Shown here: positions 37,441-45,612 of the stretch, piece after piece
How the letters are laid out: the number at the start of each line of letters is the position of its first letter
Position numbering within the stretch: the stretch's first letter is position 1
Source of the DNA: an uncultured Clostridia bacterium
GTDB lineage: Bacteria; Bacillota; Clostridia; Christensenellales; Borkfalkiaceae
Assembly (NCBI GenBank): GCA_964615285.1
Contig: CAZTND010000004.1
Span: 1,233-50,539, forward strand
Length of the DNA stretch: 49,307 bases
Direction of reading: 5' to 3'
Made by a program: the position numbers and the translations under genes
The notes under the pieces: generated by a model
Told to the model about the DNA's origin: nothing
Databases searched by the model: none
Seen by the model: the letters and a program-made list of their open reading frames with translations, nothing else

Positions 37441-38289
37441 ATGGAGGCAAGTATAACCATGAAAACACCTTTTACTGTGGATCTGAGCGATAAAGTCGTT
37501 GCGGTCACGGGCGCCGGCGGCGTCCTGATGAGTGAATTTGCGCGCGCTTTGGCGGTCAACGGCGCCAAAGTCGCCCTGCTGGACCTCAACGAAGAGGCGG
37601 CGAAGAAATACGCCGACGAAATCGGCGCAAACGCCGTGGGCATTCAGTGCAACTGCTTGGACAAACAGAGCATCATCGGCGCGAAGAAAATCATCAACGA
37701 AAAATTCGGCAAAGTCAACTTCATCATCAACGGCGCGGGCGGTAACAAGGCGACCGCCAACACCGACAACGAATACATGACCCCCGACGCCGAGGGCATC
37801 AAGGATTTCTTCAAGATCGAAGAGAGCGGGCTGCGCTTCGTATTCGACCTGAACATCGTCAGCACCTTCCTCGTCACGCAGGTATTTGCCGAGGATATGG
37901 TCAAGACGGGGGGCAACATCATCAATATCTCTTCGATGAACGCTTTCCGCCCCCTGACCAAGATCCCCGCGTACAGCGCGGCAAAGGCGGGCGTCTCCAA
38001 CTTCACGCAATGGCTCGCCGTGCACTTTGCGCCCTGCAACATCCGCGTGAACGCCATCGCGCCCGGGTTCTTCGTGACCAAGCAGAACAAGGATCTGCTC
38101 TTCAATCCCGACGGCACGCCGACGGCGCGCACGGGCAAGATCCTCGCCGCGACGCCCATGAAGAAGTTCGGCGAAGCCTCCGACCTCATCGGCACCCTTC
38201 TGTGGCTGGCAAGCGACGAGGCGAGCGGTTTCGTGACGGGCGTCGTCGTTCCCGTGGACGGCGGTTTCAACGCTTACAGCGGGGTTTGA
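37441..38289 (+). CDS. uxuB: SDR-type D-mannonate oxidoreductase (fructuronate reductase)
   Basis: Rossmann motif VTGAGGVLM and YSAAK catalytic motif. Context between uxuA and uxaC. An alternative start at 37459 (MKTPF) is equally plausible. Confidence 0.8.
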   Translation: MEASITMKTPFTVDLSDKVVAVTGAGGVLMSEFARALAVNGAKVALLDLNEEAAKKYADEIGANAVGIQCNCLDKQSIIGAKKIINEKFGKVNFIINGAGGNKATANTDNEYMTPDAEGIKDFFKIEESGLRFVFDLNIVSTFLVTQVFAEDMVKTGGNIINISSMNAFRPLTKIPAYSAAKAGVSNFTQWLAVHFAPCNIRVNAIAPGFFVTKQNKDLLFNPDGTPTARTGKILAATPMKKFGEASDLIGTLLWLASDEASGFVTGVVVPVDGGFNAYSGV

Positions 38290-38307
38290 TCGGGGAACGG
38301 AACGGCC

Positions 38308-39636
38308 ATGAAGGATTTTTTTGCGGACGACGTATTGTTGAAAGGGGAGAGCGCGCCTCTGCTGTATCAGGCGGTCAAAGACCTTCCCATCATCGATTAT
38401 CATTGTCATCTGAACCAGGACCTCATCGCCGCGGACGCGGCTTTGGAGGACATCGGCACGCTTTGGCTGGGCGGCGACCATTATAAATGGCGCGCCATGC
38501 GCATGTGCGGCGTGGACGAGTATTACATAACGGGCGGCGCGTCCTGGAAGGAAAAATTCCGGAAATATGCCGAGATCGTGCCGCAATTGGCGGGCAACCC
38601 CCTCTATTACTGGACCCATCTCGAACTCAAACAGGTCTTTGGTATCCGAGGGCCGCTCAACGGGGACACGGCGGACAGGATTTTCGACGAAGCGAATGAA
38701 AAATTGAAGTCGCTCACCGTGCGCAAACTCCTGAAAAAATTCAAAGTGGAGTTTGTGGCGACGACGAACGATCCGACGGAGGACCTTGCGGCGCACGGCA
38801 CCTATGACGGCGTTCTGGTCTCTCCCACGTTCCGGCCCGACAAGCTCTATCGCCTCGACCCCGCCTATATCGAAGAACTCGGCAAGGCGGCGGGAATGGA
38901 GATCGGCACGCTTGCCGACCTGCAAAAGGCGATCTGCGCCCGCCTGGATTTCTTTGAATCCAAGGGCTGCCGCATTTCCGATCACGGTTTTGCGGATTTT
39001 CCCGCATCCTATGCCACGGAAGAGGAGATGGAAAAGCTCTTTTCTCGCCGCGGCGGACTGACGGCGGCGGAAGAGGACGCCGCGTTCGGCTATCTCCTTC
39101 TGTTCCTGATGAAGGAATACAAGAAGCGGGACATCGCCGTGCAGCTGCATTTTTCCGTCACGCGCAACATCAACACGCCGATGTTCCGAAAGATCGGCGT
39201 AGACGCGGGCTTCGACGTCATCGGCAAGGAACCCGATCCGGAGAACGTCATGAAGTTTTTGGACCGGATTCCGGACGAAGAGCGTCCCGTCATCATCCTA
39301 TATACGCTCAATCCGAACGCCGTTGCGCCCCTCGCGTGCATCAGCGGCGCGTTCCGCAACGTATACATCGGCGCGGCGTGGTGGTTCAACGATACGTTGA
39401 ACGGCATCGTCCGCAACCTCGACTGGGTCGCGGAATATGCGTGCCTCGGCACCAACCTCGGCATGCTGACCGATTCGCGTTCCTTCTCCAGCTATTCCCG
39501 CTTCGACTTTTTCCGCCGCATTCTCTGCACGTTTGTCGGCGAAAAGGTGGACAAAGGGGAATATCCTCCGGAGGAGGCAAAGGAACTCGTCAGGAACATC
39601 AGTTATTACAACATCAAGAAATTGCTGAAACTCTGA
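38308..39636 (+). CDS. uxaC: glucuronate isomerase
   Basis: 442 aa. N-terminal LPIIDYHCHL and WLGGDHYKWRAMR motifs are typical of UxaC. Confidence 0.9.
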   Translation: MKDFFADDVLLKGESAPLLYQAVKDLPIIDYHCHLNQDLIAADAALEDIGTLWLGGDHYKWRAMRMCGVDEYYITGGASWKEKFRKYAEIVPQLAGNPLYYWTHLELKQVFGIRGPLNGDTADRIFDEANEKLKSLTVRKLLKKFKVEFVATTNDPTEDLAAHGTYDGVLVSPTFRPDKLYRLDPAYIEELGKAAGMEIGTLADLQKAICARLDFFESKGCRISDHGFADFPASYATEEEMEKLFSRRGGLTAAEEDAAFGYLLLFLMKEYKKRDIAVQLHFSVTRNINTPMFRKIGVDAGFDVIGKEPDPENVMKFLDRIPDEERPVIILYTLNPNAVAPLACISGAFRNVYIGAAWWFNDTLNGIVRNLDWVAEYACLGTNLGMLTDSRSFSSYSRFDFFRRILCTFVGEKVDKGEYPPEEAKELVRNISYYNIKKLLKL

Positions 39637-39679
39637 TTATTTTAAGGAATTCAATAATATTTAAGAAGGTATAAAGATC

Positions 39680-40297
39680 ATGGAGATTATGGAACAAATC
39701 AAAAAGCTCAAAATCGTTCCCGTCGTGGTTCTGAATAAAGCGGAAGACGCTCTTCCCACGATGGGTGCGCTGGTCAGGGGCGGTCTGCCGGTGGCGGAGA
39801 TCACCTTCCGCACGGCTTGCGCGGCGGAGTCCATCCGCCTGGCGGTGAAGGAATACCCGGATGCGCTCATCGGCGCGGGTACGGTCATCACGGCGGAGCA
39901 GTGCGAAGAGGCCATCGCGTGCGGGGCGAAGTTCATCGTCAGCCCGGGGCTTTCGGCGGCGGTCGCCAAGGTGTGCAAGGAGAAGAACGTGCCGTACATT
40001 CCCGGCATCGTGACGCCGACGGAGATCATTGCGGCGCTCGATCTGGGCCTGACGACGCTCAAATTCTTCCCCGCTTCCAATTTCGGCGGCTTAAAGACCA
40101 TCAAAGCCCTCTGCGCGGCGTTCCCGCAGATCAAAATCATGCCGACGGGCGGCGTCAGCGAGGACAACGTGCTGGAATTTTTGAGCTATGAAAAGATCGT
40201 CGCGTGCGGCGGAAGCTGGATGACCAAGGGCACGCCGGAAGAGATTGAAACCAGGACGAGAAGCGCAGTTGCGCTTGTAGGAGGAATAAACAAATGA
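39680..40297 (+). CDS. eda: 2-dehydro-3-deoxyphosphogluconate (KDPG) aldolase
   Basis: 205 aa. Contains VAEITFRT, GAGTV and KFFPA (Schiff-base Lys region). Confidence 0.9.
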   Translation: MEIMEQIKKLKIVPVVVLNKAEDALPTMGALVRGGLPVAEITFRTACAAESIRLAVKEYPDALIGAGTVITAEQCEEAIACGAKFIVSPGLSAAVAKVCKEKNVPYIPGIVTPTEIIAALDLGLTTLKFFPASNFGGLKTIKALCAAFPQIKIMPTGGVSEDNVLEFLSYEKIVACGGSWMTKGTPEEIETRTRSAVALVGGINK

Positions 40298-41319
40298 AAG
40301 TAGTAACATTCGGGGAACTGATGCTGCGGCTTGCGCCCAACGGATACCTGCGCATCGTGCAGAGCAATCAGTTGGAAGCGACGTTCGGCGGCGCGGAGGC
40401 CAATGTGGCGGTGTCGCTGGCGAACTACGGCGCGGACGTCGATTTCGTGACCAGGCTGCCCGCGCACGAAGTGGGACAGGCGGCGGTGAACAGTCTGCGG
40501 CAATTCGGCGTGAACACGTCCAACATCGTCCGCGGCGGCGACAGGGTCGGCATTTACTATTGCGAGAAGGGCGCATCCCAGCGTCCGAGCAAGGTCATCT
40601 ACGACCGCGCGGGTTCGGCGATCGCGACGGCGAAGAAAGGGGATTTCGATTGGGACAAGATCTTCGAGGGAGCGGACTGGTTCCACTTCACGGGTATCAC
40701 GCCCGCGCTCTCGCCCGAAACGGCGGAGATCTGCATCGATGCCTGCAAAAAGGCGAAGAAAAAGGGCGTCACCGTTTCCGCCGACCTCAACTTCCGCAAG
40801 AAACTGTGGACGCGGGAACAGGCGAACAAGACGATGACCGAGCTCTGCAAATACATCGACGTTTGCATCGCGAACGAAGAGGACGCGAAGGACGTGTTCG
40901 GGATCGAGGCGGAGAACACGGACATCGACAGCGGCAAGCTCAACCGCGAGGGGTACATCTCCGTCGCCAAACAGCTCACCGACAGGTTCGATTTCCGCTA
41001 TGTGGCGATCACGCTGCGGGAATCCATCTCGGCGAACGACAACAACTGGTCGGCGATGCTGTACAGCGGCAAGGAAAAGAAGGCCTACTTCTCGCGTAAA
41101 TACGCGATGCACATCGTGGATCGCGTGGGCGGCGGGGACAGTTTCGGCGGCGGACTCATCTACGCGTTGCGGAGCGGCCGCGACGAACAGAAAGCCATTG
41201 AATTTGCGGTGGCGGCAAGCTGTTTGAAGCATTCCGTGGAAGGGGACTACAACATGGTTTCCGTGTCGGAAGTGGAGGCGCTTGCGGGCGGCAGCGGCAG
41301 CGGCAGGGTTCAGCGGTAA
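40294..41319 (+). CDS. kdgK: 2-dehydro-3-deoxygluconokinase (PfkB family)
   Basis: 341 aa. Contains FGGAEANVA and DRVGGGDSFGGGLIY motifs. Start overlaps the eda stop. Confidence 0.9.
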   Translation: MKVVTFGELMLRLAPNGYLRIVQSNQLEATFGGAEANVAVSLANYGADVDFVTRLPAHEVGQAAVNSLRQFGVNTSNIVRGGDRVGIYYCEKGASQRPSKVIYDRAGSAIATAKKGDFDWDKIFEGADWFHFTGITPALSPETAEICIDACKKAKKKGVTVSADLNFRKKLWTREQANKTMTELCKYIDVCIANEEDAKDVFGIEAENTDIDSGKLNREGYISVAKQLTDRFDFRYVAITLRESISANDNNWSAMLYSGKEKKAYFSRKYAMHIVDRVGGGDSFGGGLIYALRSGRDEQKAIEFAVAASCLKHSVEGDYNMVSVSEVEALAGGSGSGRVQR

Positions 41320-41416
41320 GCGTATCGCCGGGCAAGGCCGCACAGGGATAAGTTCCGGATGATCGATTGGATCGTTTGATTATATTCGGTAAAAAGAAAA
41401 AGGAGAGTTTGAAATT

Positions 41417-43426
41417 ATGTCACAACAAGCAACAGCAAGCGCGGGCACGGGCAGCACCCTTGCCGTCAACCGCGCGAAACAATGGCAGATCGCGCTGTTC
41501 CCGTTCAACAACGCGGCGACGAACGTGTATTTCGCGTTCTACAACTACTTTGTGTACTGGGCGGTTCTGTATCTGACGGGAAGCACCGCGGCGGCAATCG
41601 GCGGCGTGATCGTGAGCAGCGCCACCGCCATCCTCGTCAGCACATTTGCAGCTATTTATGCGCCGATCATGCGTGTGTTCGACGGCATCACCGACCCGAT
41701 TCTGGGCGGCATCATGGACAAGACCAAGACGAAGTTCGGAAAGTTCCGCCCGTATATGGTCATCGGAAACATCATGCTGGCGTTCTCCGTGATTTTGATG
41801 ATGGTGATTGCACGGGTCGTTCCGAACGATATGGCGCCGTTGCAGTGGTTCCTGTACTGCATCAGCTATATCATCTACGTTTTGGGCTACACCTGCCAGT
41901 GCGCGGTGACCAAAGCGGGGCAGACCTGCCTCACGAACGATCCGCAGCAGCGTTCGCAGTTCGTCATCTGGAACATGATCGGCATGATCGGTTCCATCGT
42001 CCTCGTCAACGTCATGGCGGGCGGCATTCTCACGATTCCCGCCGTCTGTCAGAAGGGACTCATCATTTACGAAGCGACCATAGCGGATGGGGGAATGTCC
42101 TACGATGCATTGATTGCTGCGTTGGAGAGCGCCGGGCTGAATTATGACCATATCGCCGAAAGCCTGGATCCGGATGCAACTTATACTTATCTGAGCGGCG
42201 CGGCATACGGCGTTCAGTTCTATAACATCATGGTGCCGTTCGTCATCATCGTGTCGGCGATCTATACCGTCATGGCGGTCGCGGCAATTGCGGAGAAGGA
42301 CAAACCGGAATTCTGGGGCGTCAACACCGAAAAACCCGCAAAGTTCCGCGATTACATCGACATTTTGAAGAGCAACAAGGAAATACGCTGGTTGGTGCTT
42401 TCTTCGGGGTTCAACAAGCTGGCGTCCACCGTTTCGACGTCCGGCGCCGTTGCCTTCCTCGTCTACGGTTGTCTGATGGGGGACTATAACGGTCTGTACA
42501 TCCCGTTCTATGCGCTCTGCTTCATCTTCATGGGCATCTTCTTCCTGTGGGGATCCATGACGGCGGGCAGAAAAGGACAGAAACGGGGCGTTGCGCAGTT
42601 CACGGCGTTTGCTTTCCTCTTCTACATCGGCGTTTTGGTTTTGCTGTGCATTTATGATCCCGACAATATCGATACGCATTTGTCGTTGTATTCCACGGAA
42701 GGGGGATTCCACCTGACCATCAACGCCTACACCATCATCTTTATCGTTCTCTACGGCTGCGGTTACGGCGCGTTCAACTGCTGCGACAACCTGACCATCC
42801 CGATGGTCGCCGACTGTACAGACTATGAAACGTACCGTTCGGGGAACTATCTGCCCGGCATCATGGGCACCATCTTCTCGTTGGTAGACAAGTTGATCTC
42901 CTCCTTGCAGTCATTGTTGTTGCAGCTCTTCATCGTTCTGCTCGTGCCCGGGTTGAATGCATTGCCCGGTGAAAGCACCCCTTACATGGACGGCATGCAG
43001 CTTTCCGCAATCATCTGCTTCTGCCTGCTGCCCATGGCGGCTTGGGCGATCACCATCTTCGCCATGACCCGTTACGGCCTGTCCGGCAAGAGATTGCAGG
43101 AGATCCAGGCGGTCAACGCCGTCCGTAAGGCGGCCGTTTCCGGCGGTATGAGCATGGAACAGGCGATGGAGACCTGGAAGACCATCGACCAGGTGCCCGC
43201 GGCGTTCGTCTACAACAAGCCTCCGCGCATCAACAAAAAGACGGGCGAGGTCATCGTCGAAAAGGACAACATCCTCGACAAGATCTATAACTTCATCTTC
43301 ACGCGGCGCGAGAAAGTTTCGGGCGAGCCTTCCTCCAATGCCATCGATATTCCCGAAGAATATCTCACCGACGAGGTTCGGGCGATGCTCGAAGAGGCGA
43401 ACGCAAAGAACGCCGTCGGGTCTTAA
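41417..43426 (+). CDS. glycoside-pentoside-hexuronide (GPH) family cation symporter, probable glucuronide transporter, unusually long
   Basis: 669 aa. GPH signature GITDPILGGIMDKTKTKFGKFRPY and many TM helices. Also has a hydrophilic central insert and a ~120-aa hydrophilic C-terminal extension. Confidence 0.8.
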   Translation: MSQQATASAGTGSTLAVNRAKQWQIALFPFNNAATNVYFAFYNYFVYWAVLYLTGSTAAAIGGVIVSSATAILVSTFAAIYAPIMRVFDGITDPILGGIMDKTKTKFGKFRPYMVIGNIMLAFSVILMMVIARVVPNDMAPLQWFLYCISYIIYVLGYTCQCAVTKAGQTCLTNDPQQRSQFVIWNMIGMIGSIVLVNVMAGGILTIPAVCQKGLIIYEATIADGGMSYDALIAALESAGLNYDHIAESLDPDATYTYLSGAAYGVQFYNIMVPFVIIVSAIYTVMAVAAIAEKDKPEFWGVNTEKPAKFRDYIDILKSNKEIRWLVLSSGFNKLASTVSTSGAVAFLVYGCLMGDYNGLYIPFYALCFIFMGIFFLWGSMTAGRKGQKRGVAQFTAFAFLFYIGVLVLLCIYDPDNIDTHLSLYSTEGGFHLTINAYTIIFIVLYGCGYGAFNCCDNLTIPMVADCTDYETYRSGNYLPGIMGTIFSLVDKLISSLQSLLLQLFIVLLVPGLNALPGESTPYMDGMQLSAIICFCLLPMAAWAITIFAMTRYGLSGKRLQEIQAVNAVRKAAVSGGMSMEQAMETWKTIDQVPAAFVYNKPPRINKKTGEVIVEKDNILDKIYNFIFTRREKVSGEPSSNAIDIPEEYLTDEVRAMLEEANAKNAVGS

Positions 43427-43444
43427 AAAGAGGAGAACGGAATT

Positions 43445-45358
43445 TTGAGAAAAGTCATAGAATTTAATGAAAATTGGCAGTTTACGATGCCGGGCAAACA
43501 GCCCGTCATCGTGAACCTGCCGCATACCTGGAACGGCACGGACGGGCAGGACGGCGGCGACGACTACAAGCGCTGCCCCTGCACCTATACCAAGACCTTT
43601 TCAATGCCCGAACTCGGCGAAGGGGAGAAGTGCGTCGCGGTATTCCGCGGGGTCAATTCCGAGGCGGACGTTTCCCTCAACGGGAAACATCTCGCCCGCC
43701 ACGAGGGCGGTTACTCGACCTTCATCGTCGACCTGACGGACGCGCTGGAGGCGGAAAACACCCTCGAAGTCATTGCCGACAACACGCCCACCGATAAGGT
43801 GTACCCGCAGAAGGCGGACTTCACCTTCTACGGCGGCATTTACAGGGACGTAACACTGGAAATTTTACCCGAAAATCATTTCGCATACGGCGAATACGCC
43901 GCGCCGCCCCTCAAAGTCACGCCCTCCGTGACGGGGAATGACGGGGAACTGCTCGTCAAAGCCAATGTGCAGGGCGGCGGGGAAGTGAAAATTTCCCTCG
44001 TCGACGCGGACGGAAACACAGTCGCAAGCGGGAAGCCGGGCGAAAAGATCGAGGTGCCGAATGTGCATCTTTGGAACGGCGTGAAGGATCCCTACCTCTA
44101 CACCGTCGTCGGCGAACTGACCGTAAACGGCGAAGTCGTCGACCGCACGGAGTGCAAAACGGGTTTCCGCACCTTCAAGGTGGACCCGGACAAGGGCTTC
44201 TTCCTCAACGGAAAGTCCTATCCGCTGCGCGGCGTCTGCCGCCACCAGGACCGTCCGGGGCTGGGTAACGCCATCACCAAAAAAGAGCACGAAGAGGATA
44301 TGGCGCTCATCCGCGAGATCGGCGCGAACACCATTCGTCTGGCACACTATCAGCACGATCAGTATTTCTACGACCTGTGCGACAAATACGGCATGGTCAT
44401 CTGGGCGGAGATTCCTTACATCTCCAAACACATGCCGGCGGCGAACGGCAACACCGAAACGCAGATGTGCGAACTCATTGCGCAGAATTACAATCATCCT
44501 TCCATCGTGGTGTGGGGCGTTTCCAACGAGATCACCATGTTCCACGTCCACAAGGAGGACATGCTGGAAAATCACAGGCGGCTGAACGATCTGTGCCATC
44601 AGCTCGACCCCACCCGTCTGACCACGCTTGCGTGCTTTGCAATGTGCACGCCCATGAACCGTTCGGCGCACATCACGGACATCGTTTCCTGGAACCTCTA
44701 TCTCGGCTGGTACGTTCCCGGGCTCTTCCTTAACGATCTGTGGTTCGGACTTTTCCGTTTCCTGTATCCCGGGCGTTGCATCGGCATGTCCGAATACGGC
44801 GCGGAAGCGATGACCAAATATCACAGCGTGCATCCCCGCCGCGGGGACAACACCGAAGAATATCAGGCGGTCTACCACGAGTATATGCTGAAATTCTTTG
44901 CCAAACGCCCGTATCTTTGGGCGACGCACGTCTGGAACATGTTCGACTTTGCCGCCGATGCGCGCAATCAGGGCGGCGAGCCCGGCATGAACCACAAGGG
45001 GCTCGTCACGTTCGACAGAAAGACCCGCAAGGATTCTTTCTATCTGTACAAGGCGTATTGGTCGGCGGAACCGTTCGTGCATCTCTGCGGCAGGCGCTTC
45101 GTCAACCGCACGGGAAGCAAACTGAAAGTCAAAGTTTACTCCAACCAATCGGAAGTCAGCCTGTACCAGAACGGCAAACTCGTCGAAACGAAGAAGGGAG
45201 ATAAGGTATTCAACTTCACGCTTCCCATGCTCGATAAGAATGAGCTGGAAGTCAGGAGCGGGGATTTGAAGGACAATATCACCGTCATTCACGTCGACAA
45301 GGTCGATCCGGCTTACATTGTGCCCAAGGGCGGCAGCAATAAGAGCTGGGAGAAATAA
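43445..45358 (+). CDS. GH2 beta-glucuronidase
   Basis: 637 aa with a TTG start and GAGGAG RBS. Acid/base WGVSNE, nucleophile MSEYG. The N-x-K motif (GMNHKGLVTFDRK) aligns with E. coli GUS GGNKKGIFTRDRK. Confidence 0.85.
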   Translation: MRKVIEFNENWQFTMPGKQPVIVNLPHTWNGTDGQDGGDDYKRCPCTYTKTFSMPELGEGEKCVAVFRGVNSEADVSLNGKHLARHEGGYSTFIVDLTDALEAENTLEVIADNTPTDKVYPQKADFTFYGGIYRDVTLEILPENHFAYGEYAAPPLKVTPSVTGNDGELLVKANVQGGGEVKISLVDADGNTVASGKPGEKIEVPNVHLWNGVKDPYLYTVVGELTVNGEVVDRTECKTGFRTFKVDPDKGFFLNGKSYPLRGVCRHQDRPGLGNAITKKEHEEDMALIREIGANTIRLAHYQHDQYFYDLCDKYGMVIWAEIPYISKHMPAANGNTETQMCELIAQNYNHPSIVVWGVSNEITMFHVHKEDMLENHRRLNDLCHQLDPTRLTTLACFAMCTPMNRSAHITDIVSWNLYLGWYVPGLFLNDLWFGLFRFLYPGRCIGMSEYGAEAMTKYHSVHPRRGDNTEEYQAVYHEYMLKFFAKRPYLWATHVWNMFDFAADARNQGGEPGMNHKGLVTFDRKTRKDSFYLYKAYWSAEPFVHLCGRRFVNRTGSKLKVKVYSNQSEVSLYQNGKLVETKKGDKVFNFTLPMLDKNELEVRSGDLKDNITVIHVDKVDPAYIVPKGGSNKSWEK

Positions 45359-45441
45359 GTTTAAGCCGCTTTTTTGCCGCGGAAGCGGCGGAAAACGGCC
45401 CATCCATTCGATTATTGAATTCCTCCGATATAATTGAAACG

Positions 45442-45480
45442 GCGTCTCGGAAGTTTATTCTTTCGGGACGCACGTTTTTT
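45442..45480 (+). terminator. rho-independent terminator of the glucuronide operon
   Basis: 12-bp stem GCGTCTCGGAAG / CTTTCGGGACGC (two G-U pairs), hexaloop, then acgTTTTTT. Confidence 0.6.
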
Positions 45481-45494
45481 GGTCGGCTGAAAAC

Positions 45495-45523
45495 TTGCTT
45501 TTTTTTGCCGATTGCTATATAAT
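45495..45523 (+). promoter_or_regulatory. candidate polA promoter
   Basis: TTGCTT-17 nt-TATAAT, about 90 nt upstream of ATG 45613. Confidence 0.5.
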
Positions 45524-45612
45524 GGAAGAATGGAACGGGCAGGATACTCGTTATAAGCAAAAAATAAGCAGTACTATGCGTGAAATAAAAGCAGAGAAGT
45601 GAAGGAATTGAC

